A stretch of DNA of 64,000 nt from Lama guanicoe (taxonomy: Eukaryota), in assembly GCA_013239625.1 (NCBI GenBank), contig MU054187.1, positions 12,193,325-12,257,324 of the forward strand. Direction: 5' to 3'. Shown here one piece after another: positions 13,901 to 27,359 of this stretch. The notes beneath the pieces are model-generated. The model ran no database searches, was not told the DNA's origin, and saw only the letters and a program-made list of their open reading frames with translations. A program made the position numbers and the translations under genes. The first letter of the stretch is position 1, and the number at the start of each line of letters is the position of its first letter.

Positions 13901-16900
13901 GATGTCCAATAAAAGCACAGGGAAGAGCGGGGCGGGGACGAAGGAAACAGAGGAGGGCTGGTCCCCCTACTTCCCATCATCCCTTCTTGCTACTTTGCCA
14001 GGGGGCCTCACTGCCTTCAGGGCTGACGGGGGGCTTCAGCTCAAGCTTCCACTTCACCTGAGTGGTGCATGTTCAGAGAGATGTCCCTCAGAAGACTGAA
14101 AACCAGGCTAGGACCTGACCTTCCTCTGTCCCCTGGGGCCATTCTTCCATGCCCAGGAGTCCCCTGTGCTCCCCTCTCACTGACAAGCCTCTTGCTTTCT
14201 GATCCACATTCTGTTCTGCGTGTTAGACCTGCTGCCTTTTTCTCCCCTCATGTTCTTGCCCATCTGGGTATCTTTTCCTTCCAGTTTTTCTCTACAGATG
14301 CAGGGCCTGATGCCTGCGTCTCGTGAAGAGATTGGTACAGCCACTTGCACAGACATGCCTCTCCTTCCCCGCTGTGATTCCAACAATCCCACAGGGAGGT
14401 TACAACCCCCAGTTTCGCTTTGCCTACCGCCTCGAGTGCCAGTCTGCTCGCTTGGGCCTTTGCTGAGCCATTATGGGAGGACCTCACAAGCAGGCTTTTT
14501 AAAAAGCAGGTGTTCCTGATCTAAATCACCTAATGCAAGAAGCTGATAATAGAACATAGAATCATCCAATTTAGAGACCTGAAACATTACATTACGTTAA
14601 ATCGTATCATCCAAGGACCGAGAGCATAGCATTGATAACTTTGCGTAAGTACATGTAGCACCATGGCTCTGGCTGACCGCGGAGGGCAGGCCGAGACGAG
14701 GGCATACTAGCAAGGAGTCAAGGCAATCAGAATTCTCCAGAACAAAGGAAGTGACTGTAGGGTGAGTGGGGCATCCCAGGTGAGAGCGCTCTGTGCGCAG
14801 GGACCAGAGAGGGCCAGGGCCGGCCGGACCTACTCCCGGGGTCACGGGGCACGCGGGCTGTCGCCAGAGGCAGGCTCCAGAAAAATCTTACCACTAGCAA
14901 CCACCAAAATCTCCTACGGGTGAGTGAAAAATCTTTAAAAAATGAGGTTCTGTCTGGAGCAACTCGGCAGGTTAGTTACTAAGACATAAACAAAAACTGA
15001 GGGACTCCTGTGTGGAAGCACAGCAACTGCTAAGACGGGGTCCAGTCAAGCCCACTTCCGGCAGGCTGCACACTCCCTACGGGCAACGTTGGACACGTGC
15101 AGGGCCCCTGAAGCCCCCTTTCCTGGTTGTCTTCCTTAGTCCTCGTCTGTGTGTTCATGTTTGTCTGGTTTAAAACGTATTTTGTTTTAGTATTTTTCCC
15201 CTTTAACCAATTAGGAACCATGTATGAAGCTACCTGACAGTTAAATACACACAACACAAACCCGAAAAATGTATACACTTGTTCCAGAGAAATCCTGCTT
15301 GTGGCAACTCAGGTTGGAACTCAGGTTTATTCCCCTCGGGCTTCTTTAGGAAGAGAGGACAGAGTGAAAAGTGTACCGTCCGGGGTCTGAGAAGAGCTTA
15401 ACTGCGTTCTCCAAAACTGCACCACGCACAATCTTTACATCATACAGAAACAGAAGTTTAAACCATTCTATTCAAATGCTTAAAACAGTTTTGTTGTGAA
15501 CTCACATTTTTACATATCAAAGAGTGGGCACCCCCTTCCCCCTACCTAATCTCAAAAATGAACTGGGGCTCCAGCAGGGCGGTGCAGGGATCAGTGCTGA
15601 CCACATGGGCAAGGTGGTGCATCGGGGCCCGGGGCTGTTATGAATGGCTCACCTTCTGCACAAAGATCACCAGGGCCCTCTTACAGGGAAGAGCTGTCAC
15701 TTTAGGATGGCATGTTCAACTGTCTAGACAAACAAGAAGTAAAGCCTGATAAAATAAAGGATCTGACTGGGTTTGAAGGCCAAATATATGCCACTGTAGA
15801 ATATTTAGAAGTTCGTTCACCTCCACAACAAAGAGAATGATTTGATTTGTATTTGTGGGTTTTCAATACATGCACCCAAACTTTGTCTACCTTTGGAGAA
15901 TGATCACTGCACTCAGAGGAAGAGATTAGGTGAAAAGAAAAAGACTAGAAGGAATTTGAGGAATAATCTCAATGCAGACATTCCTAATTTTCTAGAATAT
16001 GAAGTCTGTCATTATCACAGTTTCCTGAGTTCAAAAGACATTCTAGAGAGTTCCTGTCAAATATCTACCCAGCAGTTGCTGTATTTCATCATGACAACAG
16101 GAATAAATACGTCTTTAAAGTGAGCCTTTATACACCGTATGCCATGAAATCTCTTCAATTTAAGCAGGAGTGGCAGTGAACCATCAACCAGTCTTCCACA
16201 ACTATTTACAGCAGCAGGCAATGAGCAAGACCAGGGTCAGCTTCATGCAGAAACTGACTGCCTCACCAGGCAGCAGGCGCCAAGTGAGGGCTGTAGAAAC
16301 TGCGGGCCCTGTATGTTTCAAAGCCCAGCAACAGTGTGGACCAGAGGTGATCACAAACCGCATGATGAGGTCAAAGTGAAAGGAACGAAGGCCAACATTT
16401 ACAAAGACCCCTACATTTGGTATCTTGACTACCTTTTCTTTTCTTTTTTTTCCCCACTGTGGCTTGAATATTGTTTCCTGACTACCTTTTCTACAATGAA
16501 ATCCTCTCCTTTCTTTATGTATGGTCCTGGAATTCTTGAGCTAATTTTGTAGGCTAAGGGAAAAAATTTCATGAGACCACCAGTAATTTAGGAATCCTCT
16601 TGGATTTTACATGTCATGTGCTTTCAAATACAAAGACTATTTAAGCAGTCAAATCCACTTGCAAGAAATTTTTTAACAATTATCTTCTTTAAAGTCTGAC
16701 AATTTCATTCTCCAGTAAGGATCATGGAAAAGTTTAATCCACAACTGGAAGATATACACACAGTGAGTGCCACAGCTACTTCATGGATTAAAAACAAAAT
16801 CCTCAGGAGGTTAATTATGATCATCCATACAGGCCATGGCATACATCAAAATTAACTATCTAATTATAAATATGAAAAAGACATAATAGTAATTAAGTTA

Positions 16901-17619
16901 CTCCCTATCAAATTAATGGGTTTAAATTAGCTTAAAATTACAGTTTTGCTTTACATATATTAGCCTTAAGAGATGTTTCCTCACCATTCTACAACCCTTC
17001 AAGTAATGAAATAAAATCTTCATAAAATGTATTCTTCCTATTTTCAATTTTAATTATCCTACTTAAGCTGGATGATTTAGTGTTGTGCTGTCATCAAGAC
17101 TTCAGAAGAGTTCTACCCAATGGCGTTTTGAAACAGGTTTGGCGTCAACCTCGATGAATAGTTTGAATTCAAGAAACCTGTTTCTGGAAATCCTGCCTGC
17201 CGGGTGATGGCTTATAGACGAGGCAGATGAAGTGGCTGACGATGACACGTGTGCCGGCTAGGCAGGTCCAGTTTTGAGAGGAACCGCAAGAGCAGAGGTA
17301 GCCTTCCTTCTGTAGACATCAAGCTGAAACAGAAGACGATGCTGTACTCTTGCCATGTATAACTCACCTGCCTCTGAACTGGCAGAGGCAATACGCTGTC
17401 TTGGCTTTGCTTTTTCAAAACATTTTTTAATTGCACCAATGGCCAATGGGCTTTCCAGAGACCAGAACAGTGGCAGTTGTTAGCTCTGTATTGCCAAGGA
17501 AAATATTTGGCTGTGTGTGGGGTTTCCTGAGAGCAAGTTAGTACATGACCTCAATCTTTTCCAAGCTTATCATAATGCTGTGAGGCTGTGCTGATTCAGC
17601 AAAGCAATCCATAATCGCC

Positions 17620-17725
17620 TGCAAAATGCCCCTGCCTCACAGGGGTGTTATGAGGCTTAATGGGATAATGCATGTGAAGCACTCTGAACACCGCAGAAGA
17701 AAGGCGCTAAGTGATATTATTATTC
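17620..17725 (+). mobile_element. Ancient CORE-SINE 3' portion (MIR or amniote MIR1_Amn-like)
   Basis: cctgcctcacaggggtgttatgaggcttaatgggataatgcatgtgaagcactctgaaca..gcagaagaaaggcgcta..tattattatt. Confidence 0.65.
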
Positions 17726-20700
17726 TGCTTTTCTAATTACAAGCAGCCTCACAAAGACAAGAATCCAATAAACCTGTTTACAAATTACAAATGAAACCTA
17801 CTTTAAATAATTCAATATGAATAACAGTATAACAAAGAAAAATGTGAAATCATTCATGTTTGAAAAATGGAATGGACAGACTTCATAAGGCTAAGTCAAA
17901 TGAAAAGAAATAGAAATAGACAAGTTTCTACTGAAAGGAAATTATATCCCTTAGTGATAAAACAGAAATTGAATCAGAAACTTGTAAGAGGATATTTTAC
18001 TCAAGTTACCTTGAGACATTGCTGTTAATGAATTAAATTTAGTATCATTTCTATGGTTTTCCTACCAATAAATTTAAATTTTTAAAAAATCAATGTCAGT
18101 ATTAACAGTAATAAAATCTCTTCAGTTATTTATGGTAACACCAAAAACATAAATTATAGCTCTTATTGGAATAAAATGTGAGAACTGAATGTAAATTTCT
18201 TTCTTTTTAAAATATTAAAACAATGCTGTTTTTTTTTGTTTTTTTTTTGGCCAACAGCATTTGTCTCCTAAATGGGAAACACCTGTCTGGCATCTTTCTC
18301 GACTAACCCGGGTAGGGGATCAACGACACAGGAAAATCCACTTTGATGGGGGCGTCTCCAAAGAAGCAGGCCAGGCTGAGGTGGCCCTGCTGGGCTCTTG
18401 GGTACCACCACCTTCCTGGATAAGACTGGGGCCCTCTTGGTCCCTGGTGTCATTTCTTCCAGGAAATCTTGGGCAGCCAACTTTTTTTACCGCCTGTTCC
18501 TCCGTAACACAGACACGCTCTCACTACACCATATGGAAATCACCTGATTTGATCTGGAGCCCCCCCCCCACCAGAATTCCCTCAAGACTGTCAAGTCCCT
18601 GTGCCAGGGGTTGGATTTTTCACCTGTGCATCCCCATCATCTCTGTCAGGTCCACAATGACCCACGCAGACACTCAGCCCAAGCGGGGTGAACCGAGCCG
18701 CACGCTGGAGGAAGCAATGGAAAGCGCCCTCAGGTGGTCTGGGCGGCTGTACAGGATCAACGCCAAGCACGCAGATGGTCTAAGGGATTTCACTTCCTAA
18801 TTTTTATTTATAAATTTGTTTTCAAAAAAGTAATATTTCACGTTTTTAAAGGGAACATAAGCATGGTATTAGATGGTGAGGATTCCAGGATAAAAAAGAC
18901 AAGCCCTGCCATCCTGTGTGTGTAACACACACTGGTGAAGCCAAGTGCTGACGGGGGTGAGTAGGCTCTTCAGAGTGTTATGATTTTATGCAATAAAAGA
19001 AAAATGAAATCTATAGATTTGTAAATATTAGGAGGTATTTAAATTAGGTAGCTGGAAGACTCCGCTTACTTGGAGAGTAAAGTTCAGGAAAAGGCATTGA
19101 TCCAGATGCTGAATGAAGAGGGGCTCGAGTGATCTAAGATTTCACTAAATGCTTTCAGAGTGAACATGGCAAGAGCTGATTACTTAACTCAAAATAAACT
19201 TCCATCAACACACCCGGAACAATGCATACACCTCAGGATGCTAACAGGGCCTAATTAGTTCTCTGAAGTGTAGCAGCTCAAAGGAATTGTGGAAACGAAA
19301 AATGTGAAGGTTAATGATCTTTTATATTATCCTCTCAGGATTAAACCCAATTGCCAAGGAAATTAGACTTACAGGTCTCAAAAATTCAGGCTGAGGGCAT
19401 ACTCCACAGGAATAAAAATAGTTTGTAAAATTTTCCAAGAAACCCCACTGCTGAACTTAAAAGAGAAAAGCCTACAATCACTTGGCTACAAAGGAGTCTG
19501 TAAAATGGGTTACGTGTCTGTCCTTTCTAAGAAAAGTATGAGTCACCGAGTTAGGAGTGAAGCTAAAACACATGCATGTCCAGACCTTCTCTCTCACTTA
19601 TCCTAATGCGAAGAGCAGGAGCTCAGGCCTAAAACTGCAATTCCAAAGAGGAGGATTCAGCAGAGGACACAGAAGGGACCTAAGGGGCTCCTCAGATCAC
19701 TATGCAGAAGAGAAGGCGCACAGGGCAATCGGAGGAATCAACTACTCACACAAGAAGGAAAGTCAAAGTTAGGAGACGAATATTCAAAGTGACCATGTTA
19801 TGAAAGAGCAAAATTGAGGAGGAGTGAAGTGGTTGTAAGAGTCAGGACAGTTCTGGGGAGGACACCCTGGGAAGGGAGCTAAGGGGTAGAACTAATAGAA
19901 AAAAAAAAAAAGAACTGAGAATCAGAGCACCAGGACTCGGCTCAAGAAGAGCCAACATCGGCTCTTTACAGATCCTGACACCGGATCTCTCATCTTTCAG
20001 GCTCGTGATGACTACCTCCCACTGTCCTTACCCTGAGAGTCCACGTGGAAAAAACTCAAGTGTTCAAAATCTGTATTTTTAAAAATAAATATATATAAAA
20101 ATAGCTTCACTGTGCCCTATCAGCGATGGACGGGCAGGGAGTATATTCTTACAATTCTGAGTAACTGCTGTATTGAGAAGACGGTTATCAAAGATAAACT
20201 GCTGTTTCCTTGAAGCCACTAAGTAGGGACCGAACACTCGGCTGTCCACCTGCTCAACCAGGTAACGCAGATCCACTCCCGCCCTCACTCTTCCAAAGGC
20301 ACAGATGGCCTCACCCCCATTTCTCAGCAACCCCATGTAGAATATTTCCTCTGAAATACTGATGAGCCACACTAGTTCTTCATGTAACCTGAGAGCAACT
20401 ATTTAGTGGTATTTGTCTCTTTCAACAGAATTTAAGGAGAGAGGGAGAAAAGGAAGCAAGCAGACAGACAGACAGATACACACACGCAGGGTGCGTATGA
20501 AAGTGTGGGGGACCCACAGGCACCTCCTGTGGGATCAAAAGAAATAAATTTAGGGTTTTCTAAAGACCAAGGATGAAACAAGGAATATAGACAAAGACTG
20601 AAATAGAGCTTCATTTATATTTCAAAGAACATCTGGAACACGATTTATTACGAGCTTTCAAGACTTCCTGAAAGTCTGTGACTTCTCCTTTGTTATTTTC

Positions 20701-23324
20701 ACTTTATCTGTTGCACTAGCTAAATAATTCCAGAACTGAGCATTTGCTTCAAAGACAAGAACTGCACATAAAAATCGGAATTCTGTGCTGCAGTGGATCA
20801 GGGGAGAAGAAAAAAAAAATCCTAGTGGAAATAAAGGTGGTGGTCAGAGGAAGACCATGGAATGGGGTGCAGGTGAAGAGAAGCAAAGGTAACCTTGACC
20901 CAGACTCTCGGGTTTACTGTGCCACCTCGAGACCACAGCAGCTCCTGGCGTTCAGACTCTCACACATCCAGGTCTCACCCCCCCATCACGAGGGGCCTAC
21001 CCTTCTGGAACTCTGCTCCTCTCATGAGAGTCTTGGCAAGGAGAGGCCTCGAGGAGAGGAGTCAGGAGAGACCAGCAGGGCAGAGAGGACAGATCCTCCT
21101 AGGAAACCCATGGACGTGCTGACCAGTTAGCCTCTGCCGTGCCCTTCACCTGTAGTCAACATTGGGTCAGTGGTTCCCACCTTTTGGGGTGAGAAGGTTC
21201 TTTTTTAATATAAGTAATATCCACGGAGTCCCCCGGGACAGTTATCTATGCTTGAAATGACATATAACAAAAAGAAAAGTTTACAATAAATTTTGTAATG
21301 CTCCTAAAAGAATTTGTATCCTCTTCATCACTACACCATCCCTGTGTATTTGAAACACAGCCGTATACACCTCACATATTAAGAACTAGTCTAATTAGAA
21401 GCATTGTTGTTACAACAGGCTCTATGAAACTGGCCCAGGAATCTCATCACCAAAACCAAACTGGTTTGGTGGAAAATATCCTCCATTCCAAACAATTAGC
21501 TTACAGATAGATCTTAGCAGAAAAAATGGGTTTTTAAAGTTGATTCTTTGTGTTTCTTTCTTATGAAAGCACGGCATATAGGGGGAAAAAAACCTCACTA
21601 TTCAATCACATAAGAGACACACACCCATATAATCAAAAAGACAGAAATAATTAACTTCTTTCACTTTTAACAATTTTAGTTCTCTAATGATATTCCAATA
21701 AAATGTGCTATATGTTATTTTTTTTCCCCCAACCTGATATAAAAGATCTACAAATTGCAAACAAACTATCAAAAGAAGAAGAGCTCTTAGGAAGGTGGAC
21801 TTAATTGTGGGGAACTGACACATGTCAATTCTAGTAGGGCTTGCTTTTTCGCTTTTCCTCACCTTTTTCTCCCTCTTGTCACTGCAATGAGATACGTGTA
21901 AAATCTGAAATCTTACAGAATGGTGCACGCACATACCCACCTAACACAGGCAGTTTTATATAAGGAATCACCCCTCTACTGAAATGTACTTCCGGTCTCA
22001 AGAAACAGAAGACGCCGACTCCCCGACACTGCTGGGGGAGTCTGTCCTGTCCACCACCTGGTTTAGAGGTACCCAGGAATGAAGGTCTGGGAAGCAGCGC
22101 CACGCTGAGTACTGCCATTACTTATTTCACTTTTCTTTCCTTCCATAAGAGAAAATGTCTTATTTCCAAAACTTACAAGCCTAAAAGAACCCTAAACCTA
22201 TCATAGGTGATCAAGGGTCTAATACTGTAAGAGCAGAATCCAAGTCCATTTGAATGAACAATTTTTCTTTCCTGGGTACAATCAACGTTATTTCTTCTAC
22301 GTGACCATGCTGAATTGGTGCTTTCTTTTGTTCAAAAATGACAGAAATGAGAAATGCAAGGCAAAAGTACGCTTCCAAACAGTTATGGACATATAAACTA
22401 TTAACTCTGAATATTCGAAGTCTAATAAATATATTTTCCAGGTGAACGTTTGTATTGCACACTGTTTCTTTTCAGAACACAAGTTGAGACACACTCTACA
22501 CAGTCTTGTGTGCCGCTAAGTTCTGTTGTGGGAAACGCGGCTCTCAGTTCCATTCCTTCCCTTCACTCCTGGTTGTAATGCGCTGAGTATTGGGGTGGTC
22601 ACAATGACTGTCAGTAAAGACTGGCTCCCAATATACTCCTTGAAATGGGAGCGAACACCTCCACAGGCCAGAAGTGTTGTTTATTTGCACAAATGAGATG
22701 GACAGAGAGAATGGTGAACGTTCACTCTGATAGAACAATTCCTCATCTACCCACATCAGGGTAGAAAATGAATGTTCTAAAACAAGCCTGGTATCCAGTT
22801 TTCTGGCTAAATACCAAGGAGTCTTTTTTTGGCCTGAACAGCAACTTTCTATTTTCTTCGGATCTTTTATCATTTTCTTTTCCTGACAGGAAAAGAGGAG
22901 TTGCCTTGAAAGCACACATCACCTTCTGAAATAGGGAACTGCAAAAGCTATTCTTCCCAGTAACTAAGCCGCAACGCCTCAGTATGTCTTAAGTGCAACC
23001 GACAACACGCGCACCCAATTCACTCACAGCAAGGTCTTCCCAACGGCAGACAGAGCAGGAGTGAACAGCGGGGAAACGTTTATTCTTCTCCTTCACTGGG
23101 AGGCGCTGGCTTTGGGGCTCGGTACAGATCTGGATTTGAATTCTAGTCTCACCGCTTTCACTTAAACCCTAACCCTCCCCTGTAGGGTGTTGCGTGGACG
23201 GCCCAGGTGACGTGTGTCACAGCAGCGCCCGGCACACAGTCAGCAGTCTGTGTGAGCGCGCCTTCTCCTGCGGAAGCGGATCCTTTCGCTTCTGACCGAG
23301 TGTGTATTATAAACTTTGCCAGTA

Positions 23325-23645
23325 TACAGGGATAGATCTGGTTTGTAGGGCCTGAAGCTTATACGATTAGAGGGAAAAGGACTCTCTTTATGAACACAAA
23401 ATTAAGAATCATTTCTCATCCTTATCTATGGAGAATGAGAAAAGAAACAGTAGACACCAGAACTTTGAAGAAGATTCAGATTTCTTCTTCTGAGATCTCT
23501 TTAGACAATTATCTGAAACGCTTACGAAGAAGTGCTTCCCGACTCAAGTGCAGCTTCCCGATCGAGACCACAACCTCACAAGGGTCAGTGCAGGAAGCGG
23601 CCTGAGTCCTAAGCTTCATTAGCTTAGTGCTCATTCTGCCTCAGA
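23325..23645. mobile_element. hAT DNA transposon relic (Arthur1/Tip100-like; subfamily uncertain)
   Basis: Ends cagggatagatctgggtttgtagggcctgaagcttatac ... taagcttcattagctt resemble recalled hAT termini. Confidence 0.45.
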
Positions 23646-24569
23646 AAGTATGCAATGTAAATTCACAGCATATTTCCTATACTATTTATGTCACTCATCT
23701 GGCTCTTTGGGAAAATGAGAAAGCTCTGAACACAGAGCAACATTATTCAGAAGGTATTCATGTCAATGAGAAACTCTTTTCATTGATAAACAACACCTTA
23801 GCATCTTTTTCTTTTCATCCTTTGAAACTGAGATAACTAGAAAAAGACAATAAAGATAATATTGGAGATATTCATCAGTCATCAAAGAAGCCTGGTTAGA
23901 AGACGCATAGAGCACACAGGGGCCTAGGTCAGAGGCAGTTACAACCTAGAGGGGCCGTTTGTTAACAGTTCCTCAGCCTACAATGCTTCACAACCCTGAC
24001 TGCAGTCTCTGTAAGATTTAAGACATTTATCACAAGGGAACGCCGGGAATGCTTTTGTCTATCTAAGAGCATCGTATGGACACACTCTACTAAGATGACA
24101 GTCCTCGTTTTGTATAGTAATTGTGTTTCTGCTTATAAGTCATATATTAGTTACAAAATAGCTTTTTAGGGGAGGGACAAGGACATTATCTCCAATACAT
24201 CTAGAATTTTATTTTAAGGTATATTCAGAAGTTTTAAAATGTTACATGTATGGGTTAAGGGATTAAAAAAAAGAGTTATTTTTTCCTTGCTGCTACATCT
24301 GGTTTTCATCTTCAATACTTCTTTAACAATAGGTTTATCACATACAAAAAAGATTTAAGATATTTAATAAAATCACAACTAGGCCTGAATATGAGATAAA
24401 ACTACCCTTAATGACACAGCAATAACTATCATAAATCTTTATTTTGGTTTTGAGTGTGTTGCTTTTGGAATTTCTCTGTGGGTCTACATTTTCTCTCATA
24501 ATAAACAAAGGCAAAGTTGAAGACCTGACCACCATTCTCAGAGGTAGGTGCGGAACACGGCAGAAAGAC

Positions 24570-24720
24570 AGACAGATCGGACTTTGAATTCTGGCGGGTC
24601 ATTTGCAAGTTTGAAAGCCTCAGCCTCACTATTGTTTCTGCCTATCAGTTTCCTCATCTAATAAAAATAGACAATAGTATCAACCCTGGAGTCTGTCAAT
24701 CATGTTATGCAGGGACACAG
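24570..24720 (+). mobile_element. MIR SINE
   Basis: cagacagatcggactttgaattctgg...cagtttcctcatctaataaaaatag. Confidence 0.65.
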
Positions 24721-24982
24721 ATGAGGACAGAGTATGCTTCCAGAGGGATGAGAAAGTAGCTGAAAATAGTACGTATGTAATGAAGTATATATGTAACAGT
24801 ATGTATGGATATATTTATATATCTTTCTTGGTCTCAGTTCACATCCCAGTGTTTCCCTGTTCACTCATCTGTCAGTTCAAGACTAATCACATCCACTGCA
24901 AGTCATCTTGGTAAGGATTTTCTAGAAGAAATTTCTTTAATAACTCATTCTATCAGTATTTTTGATACGTCAGAGGACTCTC

Positions 24983-25120
24983 AGTCCCTGAGGGGATTGG
25001 TTTCAGGACCCCTGATGATGCCAGAATCCGGTGATGCTCAAGCTCCTCATACAATAAAATGGTGCAGTCCCATCGGGCCTCTGTACCCGCGGGCTCCACA
25101 TCCGTGGGGTCGACCAAGTG
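24983..25120 (+). mobile_element. Tigger-derived MITE fragment (MER2-like)
   Basis: ggggattggtttcaggacccc...ccagaatcc.gtgatgctcaag...ataaaatggtgcagt. Confidence 0.6.
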
Positions 25121-25789
25121 AGGAGGGCTGATTCCGTGTACCGTGTACACAGATACGCATGTTTACGTGCGAGCTGCACGCACGTACCACTGCGGTACGA
25201 GCACGAAGTACCGTGAGAGCTCAACGTATGGGCCCTGGCTTATCTTTTCATTTCTAGCTGAAAGGCCGGTGCTCACGTTCCGTGAGCCCCAGGTGAGAAA
25301 ATACACCTGCTGGGGCTCGCTGGCCTGACTCGAGAGGTACGTTTCGTTTGGCGCTGTCATTACTTACCCACCACCTGTCTTTGCTACCAGACTCCGAGGT
25401 GCCTGATGGCAGCAGCTAGGTGAGCTGTGAGCGGCTGAATCCCAGGACTCAACAAAGAGGAGGTGCTCAGAGTGTTTTCTGAATAACAAATGTCATGTAT
25501 CATTTTGACTCACCCCTACCCACCCCTGCCCAAGTTTCACAACTCAGATTGGGGAGGGTAATTTTCACCTTGCGGTGCTGTCTCATTACTCTGGTAACCA
25601 TGACGACCCCGACGGCAGGCCTTTCATAGTTCAAGTGTCCTTTAGTAAACAAAGGGAAGGTATATGAAGTCCACTTAGGAGACAAAACAATAGCTTAAGA
25701 TTATTCTCTAAATTAGAGGACAGGATACTAAATTTTCAACATGTATCAAAATATTTTAAAATCTGATTTTAAAACAGTAAAATTATAGT

Positions 25790-26446
25790 CACTGTGCAAA
25801 ACAGTTATAATGGTTCCTCAAAAAATTAAACACAGAATTACTATCTGAACTAGCACATCCACTTCTGGGTGTGTGTGTGTATATATATGTGTATATATAT
25901 ATACACATATATAAAAAACACAAAACAAAAACAAGAAAGCAGAGACTTTAGCAGATATTTGTACACCAATGTTCATGACAGCATTATTCACAATGCCCCA
26001 AAGGTGGAAACAACCCGAATGTTCATCGCTGGATGAACAGAAAAACAAAATATGGTGTATATATACATGTAATAGAGTATTACTCAGCCTTAAGAAGGGA
26101 GAAAATGCTGATAAAAACTACAATATGGATGAACCTTGAGGACATTATGCTAAGAGAAATAAGCCAACCACAAAAAGCAAATAAGTATGATTCCACTTAC
26201 ATGAGGTACCCAGAATAGTCAAATTCACAGAGACAGAAAGTGGCATCACGGTTACCAGGTGCTGGCGGGAGGAGCAGTGAGTATTTACTATGTAACAGAT
26301 GGAGAGTTTCTGTTCGGGAAGATGAGGAACTTAAGGAGATGCACAGCAGTGGCAGCTGCACAACAATGTGAAGGTACTTAATGTACTAAGTGTACACTTA
26401 AAAAGGCAAAATTTTACGTTATGAATATTTTCCCCTAATAACAACA
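25790..26446 (+). mobile_element. L1MB-like 3' end with an internal (TG)/(TA) microsatellite
   Basis: gttcctcaaaaaattaaacacagaatt...ttgtacaccaatgttcat..cagcattattcacaat...atggatgaaccttgaggacattatgctaag. Confidence 0.85.
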
Positions 26447-27359
26447 AAAACAGGGTCAAATAAAGTCAAACCTCAGGTTACAGTTAACTGGTATCCGGTC
26501 TTTACTGGGTAAGGACTATTAGCATACCTGTAATTCTCGAATTCTGTGAATCACCTTTCTCTGCCACATTCTTAGAAAACAAAATAGGATTCAAGATCTG
26601 ACATACTGATAAGACTAACTCTGGAATAAAAGCTGGACTAACAATTATAATAAGCTTCAAAACTGCAGAAGGCCAATTTTTACTAGGCTGTGGGAAAGCT
26701 TACATAAGCTGTAGGGGTCTCCATTTCTTACCAACAAAGCTAAGAACACAGTCATGCTTTTCCTGGAATTATTACTTCAAAAACACTGGGGGGTGGGAGG
26801 GGAGGGTTGATATAAAGATGAGAGGATTAAAAATGGACTCCTATACTTATTAGGAGAGAAATGACTCTGTGATTAGCAAAAGGTGAACATTTTCTAACCA
26901 GAAACGAACTAAAATATTTCAGAGGGAGCAACAGTGATAAAAGGAGGAGAGAACTGGGAATGGACACTTCAGTGCCACGACTGCCAACCCCCATGGCCAG
27001 ACAGTAGCCAGCACGATCTGTGAAAGACACACTTCTTCCTTCCTTGTAACCTACACAATGAAGTCTAATGTAAAAGGCTTCAGGGAAAGAAACGTTCTTC
27101 AGGGAACACGAGAATTGGCTGAAATGAGGGAAAATGTCTAAAAGGGAAATCTCAATGCCACCGTGGTTTTCTTTCATTTTCCTACTGATTTCAGGTTTGC
27201 CTCAAGGGATGGTCCCTCTTGTATCTCAGCTTATGGTCACATCTGGTGCCCTAAACTATTCAGCAGTATGTGACAGTGAGACACGTGACTACAGAAGGCA
27301 TTCAGCGATGCAATATGCTATTAGACACTTACTCTTTTCAAAGTGTCTCCTTGGAAAAA

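Noticed and set aside
18261..18800. Longest ORF in the track (179 aa, plus strand)
   Set aside because: Non-ATG start, no recognisable domain, GC-rich intronic patch; expected by chance.
23162..23176. Telomere-like taaaccctaaccct
   Set aside because: Only about two units; consistent with chance.
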